From assembly GCF_009914755.1 (NCBI RefSeq), contig NC_060926.1: 64,000 bases of DNA; one strand, 5' to 3'. The stretch's first letter is position 1. Each line of letters starts with the position of its first letter. The notes beneath the pieces were generated by a model that was not told the DNA's origin, made no database searches, and was given only the letters and a program-made list of their open reading frames with translations. Positions 40,271-55,751 of this stretch are shown here, piece by piece. Origin of the DNA: the human T2T-CHM13v2.0 reference genome, Homo sapiens. A program made the translations under genes and the position numbers.

Positions 40271-41858
40271 CCATGTTGTTGAGGGAACTTCAACGAATCG
40301 CTCTTATTTTGGACTTGCAACCAAAATAGCTCAATCTAGAAGGTCTTTTAAAAAGCAATTGAAACTTCCACTTCCAGGAAAATAGCAAACTAAGTTACTC
40401 AAATAAAATTCCTGCTGAAAACAAATTAAAATGCTGGAAAAATGTTTTTAATTCTTAAAAGCAATGAAGAGCAAACAAGATAGTAAGAAATAAACAGGCT
40501 AAACTATTTTTTAAAAAGTGGAATCCAGATAAAAATGAAGAATGTAAGCTGATAGTACTCCAAGGATATTTGAAGATCGAGGCAAAATTGGACTGCAGTA
40601 GCTTTGCTAGTCTACATGGTGCAGAGACCTCTCAAGATGGGGAGTCTAATGAGAGACCCTGTTCACATTGATCTGAGATCTCCCCCAACTGGACCACCAC
40701 ATTCTCCATACAACACCCAGGAGAGTTGAAGGAGAGGTACCTTCAAGGCACTGAGCAGAATACAGAGGAAAACCTACTTGTGACACATATTTGCACCCTA
40801 CATTTAGATGCCTTTGGTGATCAAAACAAAAATGGAATTCTAAAAAATGTTCAGGTAACCCCCAAAAAGATGGAAAAAATGAAACAGAATCAACAAAAAA
40901 ATAAAATAAAATAAAATGACAGACAAATCTTAATGCATCAATAATTACATTAAATGCAAGTGGTCTAAAAACACCAATAAAAGATAGAAATTGACAGGTT
41001 GGATTAAAAAACATTTCTCAACTACACACTGTCTACAAGAGACTCACTTCAAATATAATGATATAAGCAGATTGAAAGTAAAAAGATTTTTAAAAGATAC
41101 TTTATGCAAACATTAATCCAAAGAAAGTAGAAGTGGCTATGTCGATATCAGATAAAGTAGATTGCAGAGCAAGTAAGATTACCAGAATTGGAGAGGAGAC
41201 ATTATATAGTAATAATGATCAATCCAACAAAAATACGTAGCAATCCTAAATGTGTATGCAGCAAACAACAGAATTGCAAAACATGGGAAGCAAAAATTAA
41301 TAGAACTGAAAAGGGAAATAGACAAATCCACAATTATAGTTGGAGACTTCAAGTCCCTTTATCAACCATTGATAGAACTAGACAAAAGATCATCAAGAAT
41401 ATAGAAGAGCTCAAAACACCATCAACCAATAGTATGTGATCAATATTATTAGAGCAGTCCACCCAAGAACATCAGAACACATTTTCTTTGTAAATCCCAA
41501 CAGAACATATATTAAAACAGACCACATCCTGGGCCATAAGACAAATTTCAAAAAATTCAAAAGAATGAAAATCATGCAGAGTGTGTGCTCCAGCCACAGT
41601 GCAATCAAACAGAAGTCAATAACAGAAAAACAATGGAGGAAAAACTCCAAAAACCTGGAAACAAAAAAGTCACAAAACCCCAAAACCACACATTGGTCAA
41701 AGAGAAAATCTCAGGGAAATTTAAAAAAGTACATTGAACTGAAGGAAAATGAATATACAACATCTTAAAATTCATAGGACACAGCTAAAGCAGTGCTAAG
41801 AGGGAAATTTATAACACTAAAAGCATATATTAAAAAAGAAAAAGTCTCAAATCAATAA

Positions 41859-42140
<282 letters not shown>

Positions 42141-44586
42141 AACAAAAGGAAGAAAATAATAAAGATAAGAAAGAAAATCACTGAAATTGAAAACAGAAAA
42201 GCAATAGGAAAAATTAGTGAAACAAAGTGAGTGCCACTTTGAAAAGATCAATAAAATTGACAGAACTCTAGCAATGCTGACAAAAAAAATGAGAGAAGGC
42301 AGAAATTACCAATATCAGTAATGAAGCAGGCGATATCGCCACAAACTCTGCAGATATCAAAAGTATAGAGAGGGAATACTATGAACAACTCAACATAAAT
42401 CTGTCAACTTAGAAGAAATGAACCAATTTCTTTATTTAAGATAAACCCAAGCCCACGATTTACCCAATATGAAACAAATCATTTGAATAGCCTGTACATA
42501 TATTACAAAAATTAAATTCATAGTTTTAAGACAAAAAAACTTTATGCCTAGATAATTTCACTGAGAATTCTCCTAAACACTTAAATAGGAATTAACATTA
42601 ATTCTACACAATCTTTTCTGGAATTAAAGAATAGGAGATAACAATTTATTTTATGAGGCTAACATTACCCTTATACCAAAACCAGACAGAGACAGTACAT
42701 AAAACAGTATACTATAGACCAATATCTCTCATAAATATCAGTGCAAAAATTCTTAACAAAATATTGACAAATTAAATTCAACAATATATAGAAAGAATTA
42801 TATACTAAGACCTAGTAGGATCTATTCCAGAGATACAAGGCTTGTGTGGTATTTGAAAATTTTAAATATGGTTCATTATATTAAAAGGCTAAAAAAGAAA
42901 TCAATTGATTTATTAATTGCACAAAAACATTTTTAAAATAGGCAATACCCATTCATGGCAAAAAATAAGATTCTTAGAAAAATATGAACAGAGAAGGACT
43001 TACTCAACTTGATTAAAAGTGTCTACGAAAAACCTTAGCTACATTCTACTTGATGGAAAAAGACTGAATGCTTTCCCTCTAAGATTGGGAATTTGGAAAG
43101 GATGTGGACTTTCACCACTCTTACCTAATATATTGCTGGATGTGCAGAAAGAAAAGGAAGCAAATAAAAGGCATATATAATGGAAAGGAAAAAATGGAAC
43201 TCCCTATTTGCAAATGGCATGGTTGCCTACATGGAAAATTCCAGGGAGTCTATTAAAAAAAAATTCTAGGACTAGTGAGTTCAGCAAGTTCACAGGTATA
43301 AGATAAACATACAAAAATCAATTGTATTTATATGTACTACTAACAAACATGTGTACACTGAAATTAAAAATACAATGCTATTTACAATTGTTCCAAAAAC
43401 TTGAAATTCCTAGGTTCTAATAAATCACGTACAGGACTTGTATGCTAAAACCACACAGTGCAGATGACAGAAAACAAAGGAGATTGATATAAATGGAGGG
43501 ACATACCATGTTCATGGATTGGAAGACTCAACATAGTAAAGATGTCTATTCTCCTGAAACTGAAGTGCAGGTTTAACAAAACTTTGGTCAAAACCTCAGC
43601 AAGATTTTTTGTAGAAACTGACAATATTATTCTTGTCTATTCATCTGAAAAGGCAAAGAAATTAATAGCTAAAACAACTTGCAAAAGAATAAAGTGGAAG
43701 GAATCAGTCCATCCAATTTCAAGACTTATTGTGTAGCCAAAGTAATCAAGAGTGTATGACATTAGCAGAGGGAGAGACACATAGATCAATGGAACAGAAC
43801 AGAGAACCCAGAAGTAGACGCACACCAATAGATCCAACTGATTTTTTAAAGAGGTACAAAGACAATTCAAGGAAGGAAAGATAGCCTTGCACTATATGGT
43901 GCTGGAGCAATTGGACATCAAAAGGCAAAACATGAACCACAGCCTAAGTCTCACTCCTTATAAAATATTAACTCAAAATGGATCACGGACTTAAATGTAA
44001 AACCCAAAACTATAAACGTTTAGTGGGAAGTGGGGGGAACAGAAGAGAAAATCTTTGAGTCTAGGGCTAGGCAAAGCCTTCTTAGACTTGACACCAAAAA
44101 TCCAAGCTATCAAAGGAAAAATTAATAAACTGGACCTCATCAAAACCTTAATACTTTTTCTCTGTGAAAGATCCTGTTAAGAGGATGAATAAACAAATTA
44201 TATACCTGGAGAAAATATGTGCAAACCACATATTTGACAGAAGAGAAGTATCAAGACTATATAAAGACCTCACCACTCAATAGTAAAAAAATCAATTCAA
44301 ATAGAAAATGGGCAAAGAAGGAGCACAGACATTTTACAGAAAACAATCTACAGATTGCAAATAAGTATGTGAAAATATAGTCAACATTATCAGCCACTGG
44401 GGAAATACAAATTAAAGCCACAATATCGTTTCACACTTATCAGAATGGCCGAGTAAAAACAGTGACAACCCTAAATGCTGGTGGGAATGTGGAGAAACTG
44501 GATCATTTATACATGTCTGGTGGACTATAAAATGATGCGGCCACTCTGGAAAACAGTTTGGAAGTTTCTTAAAATACTAAACATTC

Positions 44587-44855
44587 TGAGGTGGGCAGAT
44601 CACTTGAGGTCAGGAGTTTGAGACCAGCGTGACCAACATGGGGAGACCCCATCTCTACTAAGATACAAAAAACATTGGTCAGACGTGGTGGTGCACACCT
44701 GTAGTCCCAGCTACATGGGAGGCTGAGGCAGGAGAATCACTTGAACCCAGGAGGCAGATGTTTCAGTGAGCACAGATCGCACCACTGCACTCCAGCCTAA
44801 GCAACAGAGCTAGACTCCCATCTCAAAAAAACAAAACAAAACAAAACTAAACTAA
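44587..44855 (+). mobile_element. 5'-truncated Alu (AluS-type)
   Basis: Starts at tgaggtgggcagatcac; TSD actaaacattc at 44576-44586 and 44856-44866. Confidence 0.93.
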
Positions 44856-45257
44856 ACTAAACATTCAATACTATATGATCTAGCAATTTTACTCTTGAGC
44901 AGCATTTATCTGAGAGAAATGAGAACTTATATTCACACAAAAACCTGTACATAAATGTTCATAGCAGTTTTTTCATAGTGGCCAAAAATTGGAAACAACA
45001 GAGATTTTCTTCAAACGGTGAATGGTGAGATGAGGTGTGTGTGCTGCATCCTTGCCATGGAATACTATGAGGCAATGAAAAGGAGCGTGTATTGAACACA
45101 CAGAAACCAGGGCAAACCTCCAGAGAACTGTGGTGAGTGAAAACAGCCAGATCCAAAAGACCACATGCTGCATCATTCCATTTACATAACGTTCTTGAGG
45201 TGGCAGAATTGTAGACATAGAGAACAGATGAGCAGTTGCAAAGAATTAGGGTGGGGG

Positions 45258-45706
<449 letters not shown>

Positions 45707-46895
45707 TTACTATTGGCAGGAGCCGAGTGAAGCACGTGGGGATCTCCCTGTATGATTTCCTAGGGCTGCATACGAATCTACAATTATCACAAGATAAAAA
45801 GGTTGATTAAAAACAAGCACAAGTACACAAAAGTAAAAGTTTATGAAGATGATACTCTTGTGTGGGAAGTTACCTCTGCTTGTTACTGTGTGAGAGCAGG
45901 GACCGACCAGGGTCAGCGTGGGGACCCGTGTTTAGTGGCAGCTGCAACCTTTAGCTGGGCACTGCTCTTCGCTTGGTCCTCGGCATCCCCCTTCTACGTG
46001 AGAAATGAAAGCTCTCCAGACTTGAAGAGAAACCCCCAGAACCCTCTCCGCTTTCTTCTTCCATGTTGCAGGCATGGTCTGGGTGCCTGTACTTGTTAAA
46101 CTCATAACCATGCTTCTTCTCTATGCTCTTCATGAGACACAAGAGATGAGGGTGCAGAGCTGGAATTTGCCTTCCTGCCTAATTGCATGTCTCTACCCAC
46201 TGCAACTCAAGCCCTGTGATGGTCTGGCCACTGTCTCCTTTATTCCCTGCTGGACTCTGGTTCCTAGTGTGGCAATTAGCATGTTGCATCTGCCCAATCA
46301 AGTGCTGAATCCATAGACCCACAGCAAGTCCATCTTGGTCCAGTGTAGCAGCGAGCGCTGCCATTCCCTGGGCCAGGGCTCAAGCGCTGATGGGGCCTCC
46401 CTGTGTGTGTGCAGCACAGGTGTGCATTTGGTCCACGTTTCCAGCATACTCAGCCTGTTCTACCACATCGGGCCCACCCTCAATTGGTAAACCACAGTAA
46501 TCTGTGAATGCAAAGTGCACATGTACAGGTGAGTGCAGTGAGTCCCAGAGGCACACAGAGGTGCAAGTCACACTCTGTGCCCCAGAGTCCCCCTGCTTCC
46601 TGTCTCAGTAATTTGAAGGTCAACCCTTCCCACTCCCTTCCCATCAAGCTACCTTCCCTGTTCTGTGATAAAGCCCTGTATTTCCCACGGTATTTCCTTA
46701 CACGTTAGGAGTCTAAGATGTCTCTGTGACTGTGTTGGTGCATGGTCATGCCTACCATTCTCGGGTTAATGCCTTGGTGACGGCATTTGGGACATGCTAC
46801 CCTGTGGGCTCTTTGTGCCCTCTGCAAGGTAAAACTTGCAGCCCTCAGAAGTCACACCACTGCCCACCAAGCCTATCCTAAAAAAGCACCATGGA

Positions 46896-47938
<1,043 letters not shown>

Positions 47939-49019
47939 TCAGGTTGCAAATCATTTCTGCTTTGTCCACTTTCCCCAATGTGTTACGGAAGTGAATGATC
48001 CTCTGTGCTCCTTCTCTACCACCCAAGCTCTCAAGCAGAACTGGGCCAGCCAAAACGGCCTTGCGTGGTCGGGGCCAGCTGGAAGAGGTGACTTCCCACC
48101 CGGGTGGCGGCTGAGCTGGGGAGTCCAACAGCTCCCTTTGCTCAGGCTTCCGCTGTTTTCCTGGGAATCTAAACCCTGGAGGGCCCAGCAGGTCTGTCAG
48201 CCTCTGGTGGGGTGACCCCATGAGGAAGCATGCCTGCCAGATGTCCCTGCCAGCTCTTCCTGCGAACACACACCCAGAGCCTGTGCAGGAGTGTCCACAT
48301 GCACGCACGCACACACCCATTAATCAGGGCTCGCCTCTATCATCCCTCTGACCTCCCGCCAAGGCTGCCTTGGTTGAGGCGATTCCCATTGCATGAGGAC
48401 CGGGATGCTTTCTGAGGGCTGGGAGGGTTTTCGTCAGTTGGGTTCGGTCCAGCATGAGTCACTGTCCGCCTCTTCTCATTAATTAGTGTTCTGGGAGTTG
48501 CTGGTGTAACTCTGGTGAAGTCTAGAGAAATTAATCAAAGTATATCTTACACTTGAAACACAGTGAGAACCACCATCCGGCCAAATCCCCCAGCACTGGC
48601 GCATGGACAACTCGAGATTTCCCTCCTCTTCTTTTTTTCTTTTTTTTAAATTAATTTGCAATGTCCCACATGCTTAACACTTGCCTTCCTCCCTGGATCT
48701 GGCACTATTATCTTTAGTATTGTTTTTCTGGCAGTTTTTATGCTTGTTTTTCCAACTATGGCAATTTCTCAATCCACTACATACCATCCCTCTCAATAAA
48801 ACAGTTCTCATGGAACGCAGCGGCCCAGAAGGACTTGGCCAAAGGCCTCTCCTGGGACACAGCCCTGTCTGTCTGCACACTCCCTGCGCCACCTGGGTCA
48901 TGGTCACCCCAGATACAGAGGAGAGGCTTCCATCCACCACTCATTGAGCCCCCGACCCTCTGCTGATCTTGAGCTTGTATTCCAGCCTCGACGGGAGCTA
49001 CTCTGGGAGGTGTTTCTAG

Positions 49020-50293
49020 TGTGATGATCATTACATCCCAAATAGCCCCCATTTCACTTAAGAGGCTGAATGGACAAATGGACAATGACCAGGCCATATG
49101 TGAAAACAGAACCCTGAGCCATGACCTGCAGTAACAAGCCCTAGAAGCCCACCCATCATCCAGTCACCAGCCCAGGAAGCCCACCCATCACTCATGGTCA
49201 CCAGCCTGGGAAGCCCACCCATCATCCACAGTCACCAGCCTGGGAAGCCCACCCGTCATCTACAGTCACCAACCTAGGAATCCCATCCATCATTCACAGT
49301 CACCAGCCCATGAAGCCCACCCATCATCTACAGTCACCAGCCCTGTAAGCCTACCCATCACTCATGGTCACCATCCTGAGAATCCCATCCATCATCCACA
49401 GTCACCAGCCCTGTAAGCCCACCCATCATCTATAGTCACCAGCCCGGGAAGCCCACCCGTCATCTACAGTCACCAGCCTGGGAAGTCCACCCATAATCTA
49501 CAGTCACCAGCCTATGAAGCACACCCACATCTATGGTCGCCAGACTAAGAAGCATACCCATCACCCACAGTCACTAGCTTGAGAAGCTCAACCATAATCC
49601 ACAGTTGCCAGGCCGAAAAGCCCACCTATCATCCACAGTCACCAGCCCAAGGAGCCCATCCATCATCGACAATAACCAGCCTATGAAGTGCACCCATCAT
49701 CTACAGTCTCCAACCTAGAAAGCCCATCCATCATACACAATCAACAGCCCGAAAAGCCCATTCACCATCTACAGTCACCAGCTCGAGAAGCCCACCCATC
49801 ATGTACAGTCACCAGCTTGGGAAGCCCACCAATCACTCAGTTACCAGCATGGGAAGCCCACAGATTATCTACAGTCACCAGCCAAGGAAGCCCACCCATC
49901 ATCTACAGTCACCAGCCTGAGGCCAGCCTGCTTGTTCTACAGCTAATCTGGAAAGCTAAGCAGTAACTTCTGTAACAATTGGCCCCAGGTGGCCAGGGCT
50001 TTATTAATAACTGATCACTTCCCTAATTTCTCTCTCAACTTCCAACTTCGGACCAACCAGAGAAAGTCGAATACGCCCTTAACCAATCACATAGGATCCC
50101 TGCTTCTAGTGAGCCACCTCCAGCTCCCCCCAGCCAACAGCTTCCAGGCAGGGCACACCTGAGCCTCCCTTCTTTCCCTGCGAAGCTTCTCCTCTCCACT
50201 GCCTGCCTCCCAGTCTCCGCCAGACACAAAGGATGGTGGCAGGTTCTGAGCAAATGGTTGTGGTTCTCACCTGGGTCATCTGTTTATTTCCAT
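49020..50293 (+). mobile_element. MER21-family LTR containing an expanded VNTR
   Basis: aaccagagaaag...taaccaatcacataggat...cagggcacacctga...gtttatttcca matches the MER21C-type 3' half. Confidence 0.7.
49135..49920. repeat. 34-bp minisatellite, ~23 diverged copies
   Basis: aagcccacccatcatctacagtcaccagcctggg; unit starts at 49211, 49245, 49279, 49313 etc. Confidence 0.95.
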
Positions 50294-52493
50294 ACACTCT
50301 GCATCACATGAGTCCTGCTTTTTCTGAGGTGCAGTGTGCCTGGTGCTCCTCGGGGACACAGGAGGCTCTCCTTCTTTCTCCTTGAAGCTCATCAAAAGCT
50401 CTGAACCCCCTCCCCTGAGGCCCCCACAGTTCCCTGTAGATGTTCCTACGCAGCATGGGCTGGCTCCAGCCCAGGCTCTAACTGTTTTGAGGGGCATTGG
50501 TGGCTTTGTAGAAGGCCTTACATGGTGGCGTGGGGCCAGAAAGTGGGTGGCAAGGGCCTCCCGTGGCTTGTGCCAGCCATGTCCTCGGATAGTGCACTTG
50601 ACCACTGGTGGCCAGGCCTCCAGCCTCGCCTCACTCCAGCTCTCCCGCGTTAGATGTGCTCGGGACACCTTGATTTTACCCTGCCTGTGCTCAGCCCAGC
50701 CCCAAAGGCTGGAATGACTTTCCTGCTTCCCCCATGTGGTCACTTCTTATACCTTCCAAGACTCCTCTTCCAGGAAGCCCACCTTGAGCTCAGACAGGTC
50801 TCTGTGGGCTCTCATTTGTCCACAGCCCACGTGTGTACTGCTCATCTATACATGGACCCCATTATGGAATCCTTTTCTCCCACTAGACTGAAGCCCTCCC
50901 AGGTACGGACTGCATTGACCCATCCCTGCATCTTCAGCCACAGCAGGTCCCAGAAGACAGTGATATACAGGGGTGGACCCTTCCAGCCAGGAGCAATGCT
51001 GCAGCCATGATGCCAACTGCTCTGCAAAGATCACTGGACAAAGGAAGTGGAGGGTATGGACCACTGGAAGGCAGAAAGGCATTCGGACAGAGGCCCAGCT
51101 GGGCCCCACAGGCCAGGGCAGAACGGAGGAAGGCCGAGTCATCAAGAAAGGAACTGTTCCTGCCACGAAGTCTCCTTAAGAAGGCAGAGTCCACGAGGAT
51201 TTCCACCCAAAATGATCAACTGTCTGTATGGTTTAGTGCTTAGAAGGATTTAGATTTCCAGGTGTCTTGAGAGGGATTCCCCAGCACACTAGCATCCAGG
51301 GGTGAGCACAGAGGTTTTGTCCAACCTGGGTCACCTCTGTAAATGAAAGGATATTAACAATGACACGGAGACAATGGGCCTAGGCTGAAAGCATGTCACC
51401 TACCTATTGGGTCACCCTGAGTAAATAGATGAGCTGCTCACTGTGGAGTTAGAGTAACTCTGTGGACCGTTAAGAATACAAACTTTACTTTGAAAATTGA
51501 GACCAAATCCCTAGCATTGGCTTCAGCAGTTGCACAGAAGTGGGCAAGGATGGACGTGTATGTCCTGGAAGTGCTCCATCGCAGGCACAACACAGGCTGG
51601 GTCCCCAGAGCAAAATGCAGCAAGCAGAAGCTTTCGGCTGAGCTCCTGTTGCTGGGTGAAGGAGCCCTTCTTCCCCATCGGACGTCCATGAGCCAGGAAG
51701 CCCAGGAGCTTGTAGCAACTCAAGCCGGACAAGGAACAGGATCTCCTAGAACACGACCCGGCTCTGATCCGGAGGCCTGGAGATGTGCAGCCCCGGAGGC
51801 AGCTCCCGGGATACAGGCATGGGTACTCTCCTTAGCACAGCATCAGCAGAGCAACCGGGAGGCCCTTCTGGCTACTGGGAAGGAGGTGAACACAGTGAAC
51901 GGGCCAGAGCAGGAAACAACCAAGGTGGAGGGCAGCCCCCATGGCGCCTGTATGGATGGGTGGTACTGTGGCCAGGGAGCCTGCCCGCGGCAATGCCTGG
52001 AAGGAGCCGGCTCCTCCTGCAGAGCCAGGTGAAGCAGAGGAGCTTCGCGCTGCCCAGCACTGGTGAGGTGACGCTGGTGGTGCCCACGAGCTGCTCGTTT
52101 CTGACCACAGTTGGGTGACATTTTTATGTCCTTCTCCTCCACAATGTAATCATTCTAGAAGATGTTGTGTAATCAGAGCTTCTATTGTCATTACCTGTCA
52201 ACAAGATACTACTCCTCCTGGGTACCTCTTTCCAAGCCCTGCTTAAGGAAGCCATGTTTCCCAGCTGGTCTCTGCTCTTCCTCCATCCCCTGCTCACGGC
52301 CAAACCCCCAGAATAATAATTTTGTGTCTTAAATCATTTTCAAGTTTTCTAATCACATGACATATATCTCAAAGAATGCCTAGAGACAAATTATATGCCA
52401 TAAAAATGACTCGTTCCTTAAAAGGGTAAGATCAGCCAGATCACCTACCACATACACCAGGCTTCCTGATCATTTTTTTTTTTAATTTGAGGG

Positions 52494-52711
52494 CAGTCAT
52501 TCTCGACCAGGAATGACTTTTTTTTTCCTTTGGGATATTTGGCAAAGTCTGGAGACATTTTTGCTTGTCACGACTTGGGGGGAAATAATGTTCCTGGCAT
52601 CTGGTGGGAGGAGCCAGGGTGGGCGTGGAGCACCCCACAGTGCACAGGGTGGCCCCTGGCACAAAACGTGAGCCAGCTAGGAGCATCACAGCGCGTGGTC
52701 AAGAAGCCTTG
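52494..52711 (+). mobile_element. MER20 (hAT-Charlie) DNA transposon
   Basis: cagtcattctc...atttggcaaagtctggagacatttttgcttgtcac...ctggcatctggtggg...aagaagccttg. Confidence 0.85.
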
Positions 52712-53632
52712 CTCTAGGTTAATTCTGAATACCCCTCTAATTTGTTTTGTTTGGACGAGCTCTTCGTTTTAGTGACTCATTTAAGTTTTTCTCATATATA
52801 AATCCATCTGTTTCTGCTTGTTATGTTTCCCTCCGATTTTCTTAGATTTTCTTATGATCTTAAGATCATAGGTTGCAGACTCCGTTTGATCCTTTTCTTT
52901 TCTTATTTTGATAAAGAAGATATTCAAAGGCCTGGAAATCTTTTTAAGTGCTGTTGTGATCCTAACCATTTCAATTCCATTTTAAGTGTGATTGTTCCCT
53001 GGCCTTCATTTCCTCCTTGATCTGTTTGTTTCCTAGGAAAGTCTCCTTCAGGACCGGTGGTCGGGGCACAGTGCTGGCACGTTTGTCACTAACGCACGTT
53101 TTACTGCCTCATGTGCCTCTGTGTGTCTGTCGACGTCTCAGCATTCTTGTGCACGGTCAGTTTGGGGACCTGTTCTACAAGAACCCTATTTCATTTTCCC
53201 TCCCCGTCTATTAACTCTACCCCAGCAGTGATTCTGATTTAGATTTTATGACACTTTACGGAATGGGGCAGAGACAGACGACTTAGTATCTCTGCCCCTC
53301 TCCCTCCGCCCTCCCTGGTTCACTCAGCCACCTCTAATCAGGCCCTGCTACGTCTGGGTCCCACCACAGATCCTGCTCCCAACTGGGCTGTCTGATTGGG
53401 CTCAGGCCCAGGCCATCCTGCCAGTCTCCACCAAAGTCAAGGCCCAACTGGAACAGCGGACTGGGATGCTGAGATATGGACTGGGAATAGCCAAGTCCAT
53501 GCACATGAAAATGTGGGAACCCTGGATGCCCTGACCCACTGGAGCTGTGGACATGCCCCCTCCTCCCTGGTTAAAACCTAGGGCTCTGCCCTTGCTTGGG
53601 GAAGACACAGAGGCCTCTGCTTTACAAGACAG

Positions 53633-53656
53633 CACACACACACACACACACACACA
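53633..53656. repeat. (CA)12 microsatellite
   Basis: Directly visible. Confidence 0.95.
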
Positions 53657-54117
53657 CCCCACACAAAGGATTAATCCCCACCTCCCCTCCTGGTCACCAG
53701 ACAACAAGTGGATTTGAGGGGCAACATCACCCGACCAGGGCCTGCAGGGCTGCAGGGGGAGGAAGGGGCCACACGCCGAGCTGTGGAGTCACAGGAACGT
53801 GCCAGTGAGGGGGTGCCAGTGTCCCTGAGCTCCGTGGGGTGCATCCTCTTTAGGCCAGGGAAGGTTGGGGGGATGCTATTGCAGAAGGGGGCTCCCAGGC
53901 AGAAGTGAAGATGACAGAATCCTGGAATGTTAGAAGCTAGCTATGGCACTTCTCTATCAGCCGCAAGGTGGGCACAAGCATGGCAATGAGTGGCAAGTTG
54001 GAAGGGAGCCAGGAAGGCCTTTCCCCCTAAGAACTATGAGGTGGTTAACAGATATGGCACATCTGGGGCAAAACAGACAGGCAGCCAATAGATGTTCCCA
54101 ATAAAAGTCATGATCTT

Positions 54118-54267
54118 GGCCGGGCGCAGTGGCTCCTGCCTGTAATCCCAGCACTTTGGGAGGCTGAGACAGAAGAATGGCTTGAGGCTCGGAATTCAAG
54201 ACCAGCCTGGGCAACATAGTAAGACCCTATCTCTACAAAACTGTAAAATAAAAATAAAATAAAATAA
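54118..54267 (+). mobile_element. Free left Alu monomer (FLAM_C-like) with (TAAAA)n tail
   Basis: Single monomer; 17-bp TSD aataaaagtcatgatct at 54100-54116 and 54268-54284. Confidence 0.9.
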
Positions 54268-54474
54268 AATAAAAGTCATGATCTCTTGCCCATCATATGT
54301 GATGTAGAGGAAACACATTGTACTAGGAAAAGCTCTGGATTGAGATTCAGAGAATTCAAAGGTGAGAGATGGCAGATCCCTGATGACCTGGCTTTGAAAT
54401 CGGGCTCTGCCATCTCATGGCTGGGCTATCTTGGGGCCAACACTGAGACTCAGTTTCTTCCTCAGAATGCTGAG

Positions 54475-54890
54475 TGTCTTAGTCTGTTTTCTGTTGCTTA
54501 CAATAGAACACCTGAAACTGGGTAGTTTATAAAGAAAAGGAATTTTTTTTTAAGTTATGGAGGCTGAGAAGTCCAAGGTTGAGGGGCTTCATCTGGTGAG
54601 GGCCTTCTTGCTAGTGGGAACTCTTTGCAGAGTCCTGAGGTGGTACAGGCCATCTCATGGTGAAGGGGCTGAGCATGCTCGTGTGCTAGCTCAGGTTTGC
54701 CTTATAAAGCCACCAGTCCTACTCCTGTGATAACCAATTGATCCATTAATCCTTGGATGGATTAATCCATGTATTAGGGGAAAGCCCTCATGACCCAATC
54801 ACCTCTTAAATGTCCCACATCTTAATACTGGCACATTGGGGATTAAATTTCGACAGAATTTTGAAAGGGACAAATATCCAAACCATGGCA
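54475..54890 (-). mobile_element. MST-family (MaLR) solo LTR inserted into a MIR (~54385-54950)
   Basis: TG...CA termini (tgtcttagtc...aaaccatggca); 5-bp TSD ctgag at 54470-54474 and 54891-54895; MIR core sequence on both sides. Confidence 0.9.
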
Positions 54891-55751
54891 CTGAGATAAT
54901 ATTAACGGCCACTACCCCACCCTTCTTACATGGTGGTTGTGAGCAGCACATCTGGTCATCCATAAGACCACATCATGGACACTCCAGGACAAGGACAGGC
55001 CCAGACCTGTCTTTCGACCCCACCAGTTGCTGCTGGCCTAATGCCTGCCAGAATCTAGATTCCAAATGTCATGGGGCCTAGACAGTTCAAGGACACACCT
55101 TCCCAGAGACCAAAAGCCCCTTCCACCTTTTTTATTTTTAAGCAAGGGCTACTGGTTGACAGGAACTGATCCCCCAGCACCATGGCCACAGCCCCACCCC
55201 TGGCTGCAAGCTCTTGAGTTTTTTGCAAGCGAGAGCTGGGCTGACATCCTGGTTGTTGGTTTTCTTTCCATGTAAATTCAGTTCTTGCCTCCCTTTATCC
55301 TTGATGTATGTCTCAGAGAATTCTCCAGGAAGAACAATTTTCTGCCAAGCACTAGAGCAAAATCTGGATTTCACCTAAGATTTTATAGGGAAGGGCAGAG
55401 GACTCCTGCAGCCTACCCAGAGGATACCCTCCAGCCTGCCTTGCTCTCTGGTGCCACCAGCAGGCAGGCCCCACTCTGCACTTCCCTCCTTGGCCGTGGT
55501 TCACTGCTTGTCCCTGTAACAGGGCTGTGGCCTCAGCCCTGCAAAACCCAAGCAGCAACACACGAGCCTTGGAGGAAACCCTGCTGGCCTCTGCTAAACC
55601 AGCAGCTTATTATTGCCAGTTACTTACTGGTGCTAAGTGTGCCCCTGAGGGTCTCATCGCCCACCCAATCTGGTTATCCTGTTCCCACCAGCTTCATAAA
55701 CGATGTCCCCTAAGAAAAGATTGAGTAAGTACCACTTTCTCCATCTTGGTC

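Noticed and set aside
49135-49920. 34-bp array as CRISPR
   Set aside because: Head-to-tail tandem units with no unique spacers, inside an LTR
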